DNA from: Candidatus Bathyarchaeota archaeon
Lineage (GTDB): Archaea > Thermoproteota > Bathyarchaeia > Bathyarchaeales > Bathycorpusculaceae
DNA length: 64,000 nucleotides
Assembly (NCBI GenBank): GCA_963811105.1
Contig: CAWEPZ010000009.1
Span: 128,001-192,000, forward strand
Direction: 5' to 3'
The translations under genes and the position numbers were made by a program. Shown here piece after piece: positions 1 to 9,912 of the stretch (position 1 is the first letter of the stretch; the number at the start of each line of letters is the position of its first letter). The notes beneath the pieces are model-generated. The model did no database searches. It was not told the DNA's origin and worked only from the letters and a program-made list of their open reading frames with translations.

Positions 1-45
1 GCTCATTGCTACGAATTTTTCTACATCAGTAATTTCAGATGGCAT
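1..45 (-). CDS. rpl38e: 5' end of probable ribosomal protein L38e (runs off window)
   Basis: Manual translation MPSEITDVEKFVAMS resembles the archaeal L38e N-terminus; only 15 codons visible. Confidence 0.55.
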   Translation of the reverse strand, partial: MPSEITDVEKFVAMS

Positions 46-200
46 ACTATATTTCCTCTAACAATTAGCCTTCATGGATACAAAGTCAAGTTTTTATTTG
101 TTTTGGTGACAAATGGTTTGAAGTATTAGAAATTCAGAATTAAGAAAAAAATGTTGCTGATTCAAACAAGAAGGGTGGAAGTCTGTGTGCCAAAGATTTT

Positions 201-401
201 CTAGGCTTTTTTTGGCCGTATCCCCAGCTTAATGTTTACTTCAACGTTATATTCTTTGTCAGCTTTTCCAACGGAGAAGTTCCAATCCTTAACTTCAACT
301 TCCATGTCTTTGAATTGACTAGCCATTGCATCTTTGTATTCTTGAGCTGTTTGGCCGATTTTCTGGAGTTTCTCAGTTATATTGATGGATGGTTCAGGCA
401 T
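201..401 (-). CDS. Hypothetical protein (66 aa)
   Basis: ORF with GGAGGTG Shine-Dalgarno upstream of ATG. Confidence 0.7.
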   Translation of the reverse strand: MPEPSINITEKLQKIGQTAQEYKDAMASQFKDMEVEVKDWNFSVGKADKEYNVEVNIKLGIRPKKA

Positions 402-567
402 GAATTACACCTCCTAAATTGCTAAGCGAAATACGAGTTTGTGACTGTTAATTGCTTTTAAGAATTTGTGACTGCGTAGCGACAACAGCAAGAGTATTTC
501 TCGCCTTACAGGTTAAGTGGAAAAGAAATTTTCAGGTTGGATCTTATGAAATTTGTTTTGTTTGGAA

Positions 568-873
568 CTAATTTGGGGCTGGGTAGTCTTCGGGGTGTGC
601 ATGAGGATGGTTAATGCCGTAATACAGTGCTACTGCGAATAGCGGCAAGAAAACTGCTTCAATTATGGCTGCGAGGATGATGTTGTTCGTGTGGCTTTCG
701 TTTGTTTGGTCGGTGATTGTGACGTTGTTTCCAGTTTGAAGTCCCTGGTTATCTTGAACAATTATTAGATTATCTAAGTCGTGGTCAGCTTGGAGAATGA
801 AAACAATGGGAGGAACAACTAAGGCAATAGCCAAAAATACACCTGCTAAAGCAAAAACGGCTTTTCTGTGCAT
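568..873 (-). CDS. Hypothetical membrane protein (2 TM)
   Basis: Two hydrophobic segments; likely start MHRKAVF at 873. Confidence 0.6.
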   Translation of the reverse strand: MHRKAVFALAGVFLAIALVVPPIVFILQADHDLDNLIIVQDNQGLQTGNNVTITDQTNESHTNNIILAAIIEAVFLPLFAVALYYGINHPHAHPEDYPAPN

Positions 874-1365
874 AAATATCAAAAAGATATTGTTTTTCAA
901 AGTAATAAGCATTAATGTTTGGTTGTTGGCATGCCAGCCGAGTTTGTCCTTGGTTAGTCTCAGGGGGTTTAGCAAACACGTCGAAGTTAATTTCTCGCAT
1001 TCTACGCTTTGTCAACCGTATTATTCTTTATATTATTGAATCCACGAGATCTAAAACAATTTTATTCAAACGATCATTTCATCGTTTATAGTAATTTCAA
1101 AATAATCTTATAAAACATCGAAAAACTCCTACTTTAACTCGAATTTTTAATAATATATTTGTTTCGGAAAGATGCTGATGAGGAATTTTTGCTTTCATTA
1201 AGAGTTCTTTCATGTTAGTATCGCGGTGGATAAATTACGTTTAAAAATCTAAGATTAAAATCCTGTCTAGATGCCCAGCGCTGAACCCTCAATAAAACGG
1301 TTTATAGACCAGCTTCCAATTAATCATTTTAGGCAAGTTAGATAGCAATTATCAGGCGATTTTTT

Positions 1366-3912
1366 CTGAATACTCAAGATAGCGAAAATCAACCTTCGTT
1401 TTGGAGCGTTCAACCTTCTGAAGTTCTTCAACAACTTCAGACGACACCGAAGGGTTTGACTGAAGATGAGGCAGAAAAAAGACTCACAAAATATGGCTCA
1501 AATCTTCTTAAGCCAAAGAAAAAATCCGACTCGCTAACGCTCCTGATAACTCAATTCAAGAGCCCACTAATCCTCATTCTTATCTTTGCAGGAGCCTTGT
1601 CATTATATCTTGACTTATCTGCGAGAACTTTGCCTACAAATGCAATAATTATCATAACGATAATTCTCATAAGCAGCCTTCTAGGGTTCTGGCAGGAAAG
1701 AGGAGCAGCAAACGCAGTAGAAAAGTTGTTGGCTATAGTTCAGACTAAAGCAACAGTGGTTCGCGATGGCAAATCACAGGAGATTCCAGTTGAAAAAATT
1801 GTGCCAGGCGATGTCATCGTTCTCAACGCTGGAGACTTAATACCTGGAGATGCCATAATTATTGAATCTAAGGATCTCTTCGTAAACGAAGCTCCCTTGA
1901 CGGGTGAAACTTTTCCAGCTGAGAAAACAGTGGGGATTCTACCGCCAGCTACAACACTTAGCAAGCGGACAAATAGTCTTTTTATGGGAACAAACGTTGT
2001 CAGCGGTAACGCAAACGCCGTCGTCGTTGGAACAGGGTTACAAACAGAGTTCGGCAAAGTCTCCGAACGCCTGAAACTTAGACCGCCTGAAACAGAGTTT
2101 GAGCACGGGGTCAAACATTTCGGGTATTTTCTAATGGAAATTACGTTGGTGCTTGTGGTCGCCACCTTAGCCATAAACGTGTATTTTGCTCGTTCAGTGC
2201 TGGATTCACTTCTCTTTTCCTTAGCGCTCGCCGTTGGATTAACCCCCCAACTGCTGCCCGCCATTATTAGCATTAACTTAGCTCATGGAGCCAAGATCAT
2301 GGCAACCCAGAAGGTGATTGTTAAACGGCTCGCATCCATCGAGAACTTCGGCAGTATGAACGTACTCTGTTCTGACAAAACAGGAACCCTAACCGAAGGC
2401 ATAATAAAAATACAGTCAGTCCTCGACTTTAATGGTAATCCGAGTCAAAAAGCACAGCTTTACGTTTACCTCAACGCTTCTTACCAGTCCGGTTTTACGA
2501 ATCCGATTGATGATGCCATCTGTGGCGCTCAAGTAGATACGTCAGGCTACACGAAGCTAGACGAGGTGCCTTACGATTTTATTCGAAAGCGACTAAGTAT
2601 CTTAGTGTCAAAAGATAACAAGAATTTGATGGTTACCAAAGGCGCCCTGCAAAACGTGCTTGACGTATGCACCTTGGTTGAAACTTCCGAAACAACAACC
2701 GTACCTATAAATGGGGTTCAAAACCAAATCCAAAAACGTTTTGAAGAACTAAGCACCAAAGGATTTCGCGTACTAGGGATAGCTTACAAAGACACGGGAT
2801 CTGACAAACTCGTCACCAAAGACAGCGAAATAGGTATGACCTTCATAGGATTCCTCGTTCTCTTTGATCCTGCAAAGCCTAAAATCGCAGAAACCATCAG
2901 CGATTTGAAGCGTCTTGGAATTTCCTTAAAGATCGTGACAGGAGATAACCGATTGGTTGCCGCAAGCATCAGTCAACAAGTTGGATTTCCAAATCCAAAA
3001 ATCCTTGCAGGTTCCGATCTTAGTATCTTAAGCGACGAAGCATTGCTCAGACAGGTAAATGAAGTAAATGTTTTCGCGGAGGTTGAACCAAACCAGAAGG
3101 AACGCATCATTCTCGCACTCAAAAAAGCTGGAAACGTAGTTGGCTACATGGGCGATGGAATCAACGATGCCTCCGCCCTTCACGCTGCCGATGTTGGTCT
3201 TTCGGTCGAAAGCGCAGTAGATGTTGCTAAAGAATCAGCCGACATTGTTTTGCTTGAAAAAGACTTAGGTGTACTAGCCAACGGAGTGAAAGAGGGCAGA
3301 AAAACCTTTGCCAACACACTAAAATACGTATTTATGGCTACAAGCGCAAATTTCGGAAACATGTTCAGCATGGCAGGCGCATCTCTGTTTTTGTCTTTTC
3401 TGCCTCTTTTGCCAGGGCAGATTTTGCTTACAAATCTGATGACTGATTTCCCAGAGACAACCATTGGGACAGATAACGTGGATAACGAAATGGTTGAACA
3501 ACCAAGACGTTGGAATGTAGCTTTCATCCGCAATTTCATGATAGTTTTCGGAATCTTAAGCTCAGTTTTTGATTATATTGCATTTGGCGTACTGATTTTT
3601 GTTCTGCACAGCCCTCAGGACCTTTTTAGGACTGGATGGTTCATAGAATCAGTTCTTTCTGCAAGTTTAATCGTGCTGGTTATTCGGAGCAGAAGACCGT
3701 TCTTTAAAAGTTTTCCAGGGAAGTATTTGCTTATAGCCACCTTAGTGATTGTTGGTGCCACGCTTATCTTCCCATTCACTCCACTTGGCAAACTATTTGG
3801 TTTCACCCAGCCGCAGCTGTTAGTTCTTGTTTTGATGACAATAATTGTTACATTCTACATAATCGCGGGCGAGGTAGTAAAAGGAATTTTCTACAAGCGG
3901 GCAAAATTCTGA
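1366..3912 (+). CDS. mgtA: Mg2+-importing P-type ATPase (MgtA-like)
   Basis: DKTGTLT, TGE, GDGIND, PYDFIRKR, SANFGNMFS motifs; N-terminal FWS...GLTEDEA extends upstream of track start 1456 to a CTG at 1366. Confidence 0.9.
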   Translation: MNTQDSENQPSFWSVQPSEVLQQLQTTPKGLTEDEAEKRLTKYGSNLLKPKKKSDSLTLLITQFKSPLILILIFAGALSLYLDLSARTLPTNAIIIITIILISSLLGFWQERGAANAVEKLLAIVQTKATVVRDGKSQEIPVEKIVPGDVIVLNAGDLIPGDAIIIESKDLFVNEAPLTGETFPAEKTVGILPPATTLSKRTNSLFMGTNVVSGNANAVVVGTGLQTEFGKVSERLKLRPPETEFEHGVKHFGYFLMEITLVLVVATLAINVYFARSVLDSLLFSLALAVGLTPQLLPAIISINLAHGAKIMATQKVIVKRLASIENFGSMNVLCSDKTGTLTEGIIKIQSVLDFNGNPSQKAQLYVYLNASYQSGFTNPIDDAICGAQVDTSGYTKLDEVPYDFIRKRLSILVSKDNKNLMVTKGALQNVLDVCTLVETSETTTVPINGVQNQIQKRFEELSTKGFRVLGIAYKDTGSDKLVTKDSEIGMTFIGFLVLFDPAKPKIAETISDLKRLGISLKIVTGDNRLVAASISQQVGFPNPKILAGSDLSILSDEALLRQVNEVNVFAEVEPNQKERIILALKKAGNVVGYMGDGINDASALHAADVGLSVESAVDVAKESADIVLLEKDLGVLANGVKEGRKTFANTLKYVFMATSANFGNMFSMAGASLFLSFLPLLPGQILLTNLMTDFPETTIGTDNVDNEMVEQPRRWNVAFIRNFMIVFGILSSVFDYIAFGVLIFVLHSPQDLFRTGWFIESVLSASLIVLVIRSRRPFFKSFPGKYLLIATLVIVGATLIFPFTPLGKLFGFTQPQLLVLVLMTIIVTFYIIAGEVVKGIFYKRAKF

Positions 3913-4034
3913 AGACTGCACAACCTGCGAATACACTTTCAGAGAGTCCATATAAATCGATATTTTCTCAATTAATTTTCTTGAATTCAGGCAATGTAAA
4001 AAACTTTATACATCAAAATCTCATTAATTAAATA

Positions 4035-4355
4035 GTGATTTTTATGAGTAAAAATAAACTTGACAAAAGCAAGGTCATTGGGACAAATTGTTATAACTGC
4101 AAATTCATAGCCGAAAAAGAAATCGCGGTAGATCCAAAAGAGTTAAACGAGGAAGGCGGAATTGACCCAAGCAACAAGGAAGAAATGGAAAGAGCCAAAA
4201 AAGCCGACTTGATAACGCTACCAGGCGGATCTAAAGCAGACGCAACAAGTAAAAAACTATGTTACAACGAACAAGTAAAAATGAACGTTACTGTCCGCAT
4301 GTGCTGCGCATACTGGGATAATGTCGGCGTTAAAAGACCATGGAAAAAGACCTGA
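4035..4355 (+). CDS. Cys-rich hypothetical protein, possibly HiPIP-like
   Basis: NCYNCKF...LC-x13-CCAYW pattern. Confidence 0.6.
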   Translation: MIFMSKNKLDKSKVIGTNCYNCKFIAEKEIAVDPKELNEEGGIDPSNKEEMERAKKADLITLPGGSKADATSKKLCYNEQVKMNVTVRMCCAYWDNVGVKRPWKKT

Positions 4356-4410
4356 GATAAGTCTGCCATAACATGGGTTCTTAAACTGCCTGCTTGATTT
4401 TTTTATAATC

Positions 4411-4974
4411 CTATTCTGTTTTGTTGTTTTCTGAAGGATAAGTGATTTTTGTTCCTTCAACTTTAATCCACGGTGTGAGTGTGTGCTTTAGACTTTTCTC
4501 ATTGTTCATTATATGTTCAACCTTGAGACCTCTGACCAAAAGAGCATCAGCTATAAGAGAACGATGGCATCGCCAAGGCAAACTTTCAGCACACATAACA
4601 GCAACCTGCTCTTTCTTCGCCGCTTCAATAAGCGTATTTAGGCTCTCCTTAAACTCTGGTGTTTGCATATAGTCAGCGTAACCCCTGAATGATGCGTTGC
4701 GCCAGCCTTTGTTGGGAGAATCAACTTTTGTATGCCTCAAACCACCCAGTCCATCAATATGCATATAGCCAATTCCAGCTGAGAGTAGACTTGTGGGAAG
4801 AGTTTCTTTGTTAAATTGAGGATTATGTCTCGACCGCGGGATTGTTCGCACGTCCACAATTTTTTCTATTTTAAATTTCTCGATAATTTTGATGAATTCT
4901 TCAAGTGTATGTGTAGAGTGCCCTATTGTAAATACAGTCAATAACGGTTTGGATTCATGTGCTACTTTTTTCAT
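4411..4974 (-). CDS. DUF488 family protein
   Basis: FTIGHS, DVRTIPRSRHNPQF, MCAESLPWRCHR. Confidence 0.9.
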   Translation of the reverse strand: MKKVAHESKPLLTVFTIGHSTHTLEEFIKIIEKFKIEKIVDVRTIPRSRHNPQFNKETLPTSLLSAGIGYMHIDGLGGLRHTKVDSPNKGWRNASFRGYADYMQTPEFKESLNTLIEAAKKEQVAVMCAESLPWRCHRSLIADALLVRGLKVEHIMNNEKSLKHTLTPWIKVEGTKITYPSENNKTE

Positions 4975-5905
4975 GCAGGTAATCCTCTTCGGTTAGACGA
5001 TTCAGTAACAAATGAAAATATATGAGGCCCCCGTAAGGTTTCCACTGTGCTACTATCTTTAGGGTTTCTTCGTAGCTCAATTTTCTGGGTGGCTTAAGCC
5101 AACGTTGAAGGTTTCGATGTCCGCCGACATCGTCAGCGGGGAAAACGTTTAGCCGCCCTAGCCCTCGCAGAAGAATGTAATCAGCTGTCCAAGGTCCAAT
5201 TCCCCTCAGTCGAAACAACTGTTCCAATGCTTCATCGTCATTCAACACTTTTATTTGCTCAAGGTTGACTTGTCCAGCAACAATTGCCTGAGCTAGCTCA
5301 ATTATGGCTCGCCCTTTTTGGTGGCTAAAGCCTAACTTTCTAAAATCCTCAGCTTTCAACTTTGACAGATCTTCGGGTCTAGGGAAAGCGTAACTAACGG
5401 TGTCCTTCCATAGTATGGATTTTCCATATGTTGAAACTAAACGGTTAAGCAGAATTATGCCAAGATTCAAAGAGATTTCTTGGCATGCTACACCATTCAC
5501 GAATGCTTCAAAAACGGTTGGGAAGCGGGGAGGTTTAAGCCCACAGAAACGGTCTGCCAGAGAATTTAACTTTTCATCTTTGGAAGCAAATTGATAAAAC
5601 TTGGAGAGGTCAGCCTTAATGCTAAGGCACTTCTCAACAGCCTCTGCAGCATCATTTTCGATTTGGGAATCTAAGCGCAATCCAGCTAAGTCTACTTTTA
5701 GGAAAATATTGCCTTTATCAAACGTCTGGGTGACCGTAGTCTCTACAGGTATCCCTCTGATAACTAACACCCTTCTCCAACTTTCGTCAACCCATCGATC
5801 AACGATATTATTCAAGCGCCGTCGCAACGCCCAAGCTGTCAAATCTAGCCGAAAAGGCACAATCGGATTCAACTTGAAAGACAAATTCTCCATTGAATTC
5901 ATCAA
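4955..5905 (-). CDS. AlkA-family DNA-3-methyladenine glycosylase (HhH-GPD)
   Basis: LRGIGPWTA HhH motif, FPADD, WKPYGG. Confidence 0.88.
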   Translation of the reverse strand: MMNSMENLSFKLNPIVPFRLDLTAWALRRRLNNIVDRWVDESWRRVLVIRGIPVETTVTQTFDKGNIFLKVDLAGLRLDSQIENDAAEAVEKCLSIKADLSKFYQFASKDEKLNSLADRFCGLKPPRFPTVFEAFVNGVACQEISLNLGIILLNRLVSTYGKSILWKDTVSYAFPRPEDLSKLKAEDFRKLGFSHQKGRAIIELAQAIVAGQVNLEQIKVLNDDEALEQLFRLRGIGPWTADYILLRGLGRLNVFPADDVGGHRNLQRWLKPPRKLSYEETLKIVAQWKPYGGLIYFHLLLNRLTEEDYLHEKSST

Positions 5906-5999
5906 TCGTCCATTATATTGAAATAGGCTTCAATTTTCGAATTATCAGTCGTCTTTTTGTTTTGCAATCTCTCCAAGAAAAAAACAGAAGAAGAAAGGT

Positions 6000-6239
6000 C
6001 TACTTAGATAGAACTCCGACGAGTTTCATTCTATCCATGACATCTTCGCCGTGAGGGGCAATTTCCATCTGTTCTGTTAGATCCTCGCCTGCTGCATGAC
6101 CCAAGTGATCACCTTCCAACCATTGGGAAGAATCGGTTACATCATAGACTTTACCTTTGTGAGCAACATATGCTGGTCGACCTTCTTTGCCATCAAATTT
6201 ACCAAGTTCGTCAAGCGTAAATTTTCGAGTAGTTTCCAT
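6000..6239 (-). CDS. Cytochrome b5-like heme/steroid-binding protein
   Basis: FTLDELGKFDG, GKVYDVT, GHAAGEDLT, APHG. Confidence 0.85.
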   Translation of the reverse strand: METTRKFTLDELGKFDGKEGRPAYVAHKGKVYDVTDSSQWLEGDHLGHAAGEDLTEQMEIAPHGEDVMDRMKLVGVLSK

Positions 6240-6372
6240 TTCAAAAAACACCACAGTTGATAGTGTCAACTCCAATTCTTAAAGCCTACTTTATGGGAGT
6301 TCGTCGCGAGGACTTTATGGCTCGACAAGAGTTATTAACAATGGCAACTGAAGTTCTATTTTGTGGTTTAGT

Positions 6373-6858
6373 ATGGATTTTGAAATTCCTAAATCAATAA
6401 AGTTGGAGCATGATGAACTCCATGAAGACCTTGAAGAAGCAACAATGGAACCTGGTTCAGTTGGAGACGCAGCAAAAGCTGTGCAAGAGGTTCTGCAGCC
6501 ACATTTTTTAAAGGAGGAAGAATTCGCATTGACGCCACTTGGATTGATATCTAAACTTTCGAACGGCCAAATAACACTAGAAATGAAAGATGCAATAGCT
6601 ATGTCAGAGAGACTACGGGCAGAACTTAACCAGATGCTCAAAGAACACAGAGAAATAGTTGCTCGCCTCAAAATATTGACAGAAGCGTCTCTGAAAGAAA
6701 ACAAGTTTGATTATGTCCAATTTGCAGAAAAATTATCATTGCATGCGCAAACCGAAGAAGAGGTGCTCTATCCAGCAGCCATTTTAGTTGGTAAGTATTT
6801 GAAACTGCAATTAAAAAATAAATTTTCATTGAAATATCATCATGACATGTTGAGTTAA
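6373..6858 (+). CDS. Hemerythrin/HHE cation-binding domain protein
   Basis: EHDELH, PHFLKEEE, EHREI, HAQTEEEVLYP. Confidence 0.8.
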   Translation: MDFEIPKSIKLEHDELHEDLEEATMEPGSVGDAAKAVQEVLQPHFLKEEEFALTPLGLISKLSNGQITLEMKDAIAMSERLRAELNQMLKEHREIVARLKILTEASLKENKFDYVQFAEKLSLHAQTEEEVLYPAAILVGKYLKLQLKNKFSLKYHHDMLS

Positions 6859-6963
6859 ACAAGATCGTGGAGCGCTAAGAGATGCCTCTGCAAAATCCCT
6901 TCTAATCCTTCCAATGATTACGGTGCGAACTTTTTCTCAAGAAAAATATTTCAGTTTTGTATT

Positions 6964-7284
6964 CTATATTTGGTCGATTTTTGATGCGAGAATGAAGTCA
7001 AGTTTGGATAATGCTCCAGTGCAAAACGTTGTTATCGTTAGTTTCACGTTATTGATGTTCCATAACACAATGTCAGGATGGTGATTTTCAGCTGAGGCAA
7101 TGTAGGCAACTTTGATAATGAAATTGATAGCTTGTTCAAAGTTGTTGAATTTGAAAGTTTTTTCTATAGTTGTGCCTTCCAACTGCCAGCCTCGAAGTAT
7201 TTTGATTGCCTCTGTTATTTCTTTTTTTGTCAAACTAACTTCTGCTTCTTTCCAGTCGATTTTTTCTGATTTCTTGATTGACAT
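6964..7284 (-). CDS. Pterin-4-alpha-carbinolamine dehydratase family
   Basis: KTFKFNNFEQA, ENHHPDI, LSKLDFILASKID. Confidence 0.85.
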   Translation of the reverse strand: MSIKKSEKIDWKEAEVSLTKKEITEAIKILRGWQLEGTTIEKTFKFNNFEQAINFIIKVAYIASAENHHPDIVLWNINNVKLTITTFCTGALSKLDFILASKIDQI

Positions 7285-7420
7285 TTTTATTCTCTTCGAA
7301 TTATTTTTTTTAGTTTGGTCTCAATGTATTCTTTTTAGGCATTAGCGTGTTTAATTTTTCTTCTTTTGAGCCAAATACAAAGATAACTAGAAGTCTTGAC
7401 GTAGGCTCTCACTTGCCTTT

Positions 7421-7639
7421 CTATTTTTTGCTTATCTTTTTGAGGGCTGAGCCTTTGTGCATGGCTAAATGTTCGGTTTTGTTGCTCTTAATCAAATATT
7501 GCGGTTCCTCCTTCGAGGCGTGAACCGTGTACCCTTTGAATTCGATTTCGGAGGTAATTTTTTTCTTTATAGTTCCCTGAACTCTGCCTGCTTCTGAATT
7601 CCACTCAACATCATCGCCTACTTTGAAATCGTTATCCAT
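7421..7639 (-). CDS. DUF2945 (Hva1 Tudor-like) protein
   Basis: FKVGDDVEWNSEAG, PQYLIKS, HKGSAL. Confidence 0.85.
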   Translation of the reverse strand: MDNDFKVGDDVEWNSEAGRVQGTIKKKITSEIEFKGYTVHASKEEPQYLIKSNKTEHLAMHKGSALKKISKK

Positions 7640-7648
7640 AAGCCAACT

Positions 7649-7978
7649 TCAATCCTCTTTTGCGAGTTTCTCTGCTAATTCAGCTCCCTTCTCTGTGAGT
7701 TCGTATTGTCGGTAGGTGTTGTGATTAGTGTTTTTGGTGTTGCCTTTGATTAAGCTGGCTTTTTCGAGCATGCATAAATCTGCTTGCTCTTTCTTTGAAT
7801 CGGCTTGTTTAGTTCCTTCAAAGGAAATTAAAACGTCGATTCCCTTAAAACCGGCAATTTTTAAGAGGAGAGATTTGTAGCGCTGAAATGCTTGCTCAAC
7901 TGCGTTTTCTTCTCGTTTATAGTTTTCTTCAGCTACTTTATTCAAAATTGTTCTTAATTCCAAAGACATACTAAACAC
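7649..7978 (-). CDS. Hypothetical protein with winged-helix-like C-terminus
   Basis: YELTEKGAELA wing motif; similar to ORF 53943..54287. Confidence 0.6.
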   Translation of the reverse strand: MFSMSLELRTILNKVAEENYKREENAVEQAFQRYKSLLLKIAGFKGIDVLISFEGTKQADSKKEQADLCMLEKASLIKGNTKNTNHNTYRQYELTEKGAELAEKLAKED

Positions 7979-8307
7979 CTAACCAAAATTTAACGATTCT
8001 TTTTTCCATTCTAACCAGAACTCTTCAAGTTATACTATGGAAACCGTTCGATTTGAACCTGCATACCTGAGGAGACATCACCCCCCTTTTTTGTCATTTC
8101 AGAACTATATTTTCTTGTTTAGTAATGTTCCAATAAATCATCATTGCATTGGTATGGACGGTGAAGGGATGAATAACTCGCGGCTTAGGACCCGTATTAA
8201 CTAAAGCTGTTTGATAAACACAAATAGAGTAATTAGTCAATTAGTTCACAATTATTAAACGCACAAATGGGAATTTTCCTCAAAATTGTGGCAAAATAAT
8301 ATAAAAA

Positions 8308-8381
8308 TGGGCCGTACCGGATTTGAACCGGTGATCTTCGCCGCGTGAGGGCGACGTCCTAGCCAGCTAGACTAACGGCCC
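8308..8381 (-). tRNA. tRNA-Val(CAC), no intron, CCA not encoded
   Basis: GGGCCGT acceptor, TCGCC-CTCACGC-GGCGA anticodon arm, GGTTCAAATCC T-arm. Confidence 0.95.
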
Positions 8382-8464
8382 AATGGTTCTGTGGATTGAA
8401 ACTACGTATTTTCCTTTCATAAAGCCTTTCCCCTTCTATGACAACTATCACAGTAGTGAATGAC

Positions 8465-8593
8465 ATGGGGCTGCGAAAAAAACTAAATGTTGAACTATCA
8501 CCTGATCAAGAAGGATTCCTACTGCTATTATGCTTCGCAGGTAGCGGCTTAATCGGATACATATTAACTCATTTGACGGGGTTCCTGCACTAA
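8465..8593 (+). CDS. Small membrane protein (42 aa)
   Basis: Manual translation MGLRKKLNVELSPDQEGFLLLLCFAGSGLIGYILTHLTGFLH. Confidence 0.45.
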   Translation: MGLRKKLNVELSPDQEGFLLLLCFAGSGLIGYILTHLTGFLH

Positions 8594-8929
8594 ATTATGG
8601 CTAAAGCTCTGGAATTTTAATTGAAGATTTTTGTTCAGAATTTGAGTTTTTGAACTTGATTATTTCTTCCAAAAAAAGCGGATTAGGTGAAAACTCTTCT
8701 TTGTGCACAAACAAGAGCAACCTTATTGGTGTACTTAGAGCAGATTTTGAATTCGACTGGGAAAAAATCTGAAGGCAACAAAGATTTTGTCTCTAATAGT
8801 TTTTTTAAAGAAACCTAATTCGTTGTTATAGTTGTGGGTGTGGGTTCACATCCACATGTGTTTAATTGCTAGAATGCCAATCAATAGGATAGCTCAAGTC
8901 ATAAGAGTACATAGGAGGGATAGAATAGT

Positions 8930-9220
8930 ATGAGAACTAGAGAATTTATAAATAGAAGTGTTTTTGCGTTGGACGAGAAAATCGGCGTAGTAAAAAGTAT
9001 AGAAGTAGATCCGGACGAATGGAAAATAACTCATCTTGAAATCGAATTGAAAAAGGAGATAGCTGAATCAGTGCTTGGCGTTAAGAAAAATGGGGTACGA
9101 AATATGTTGGCCGTTTCATCCCTGGAGAAAGGGGTTGCACGCTGGACAGACAATGGATTGCACTTAAAAGTTTCAAAAGATCAGCTTCACATGTACCTAA
9201 GGCCAGTGGTTAAGACTTAG
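8930..9220 (+). CDS. PRC-barrel-like protein
   Basis: KIGVVKSIEVDPDEWKITHL; AGGAGG SD. Confidence 0.7.
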   Translation: MRTREFINRSVFALDEKIGVVKSIEVDPDEWKITHLEIELKKEIAESVLGVKKNGVRNMLAVSSLEKGVARWTDNGLHLKVSKDQLHMYLRPVVKT

Positions 9221-9233
9221 TTAGGCGTTTGCT

Positions 9234-9391
9234 ATGAATACGTAGTTGACGATTGCTATTATTGTTGTGGTACTTTGGGCGATTGGTTCTTTGCTTTGCC
9301 AGGCGTAGGCTCACTAATACACATCTTATTAGTTATTGCCGTAGTCTTAATGGTAGTTTGGCTGTCGATCGGCAAGAAACTTTGGAAATAA
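9234..9391 (+). pseudogene. Disrupted lmo0937-like small membrane protein
   Basis: TIAIIVVVLWAIG and GSLIHILLVIAVV lie in different frames; early TAG. Confidence 0.6.
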
Positions 9392-9497
9392 TCAACACCT
9401 TTTTTTTGTTAAACGAAATCCAAACTAGAAAATTATGATAAGTAAAGCAGCTTGCTAACTTAGAAGTTTATTTAGAAGGGAGAACCTTTGATTAAAA

Positions 9498-9745
9498 TGA
9501 ATTACGTAAAATGCTCCCCAGACGTTATAATTGCCGCGTTAAACGAGGAGAAAGTGTCAGCCCTACGTTGACGGAGATTTCGCGGGAAATTAGTCCTAAC
9601 AAAGTTTTTTAGTTGATGGTCACAGTCACAACTGGACGGTAGAAATTGCCAAAGATTGGGGCGCACATTCTATTTCAAGAAGGCAAAGGGAAAGGCGATA
9701 CTATAACGAAAGCATTTGGATACATGGTTCCGATGTAGATTACAA
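9498..9745 (+). pseudogene. Glycosyltransferase family 2 N-terminal remnant
   Basis: Fragments VIIAALNEE, VDGHS, TVEIAKDWGA, QEGKGKGD across frames; truncated just before tRNA-Phe. Confidence 0.7.
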
Positions 9746-9835
9746 CTTAATATTCCTACGAAAACGTAAATAAACATCTGCAACATTGACTGTATAGCCT
9801 CTCCTTAAAAAATGGCCGAAAACATCCAAATAAGT

Positions 9836-9912
9836 GCCGAGGTAGCTCAGCCTGGGAGAGCGCTCGGCTGAAGACCGAGTCGTCGCATGTTCAAACCCTG
9901 CCCTCGGCACCA
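9836..9912 (+). tRNA. tRNA-Phe(GAA), CCA encoded; integration target
   Basis: GCCGAGG/CCTCGGC acceptor, CTCGG-CTGAAGA-CCGAG anticodon arm; one T-stem mismatch. Confidence 0.92.

Noticed and set aside
1740-3806. Antisense ORFs within mgtA, and similar ones in other long genes
   Set aside because: Shadow ORFs opposite well-supported genes
1-8308. Island integrated at tRNA-Val
   Set aside because: No convincing duplicate of the tRNA-Val 3' end (only TGGCCGTA inside ORF 201-401)
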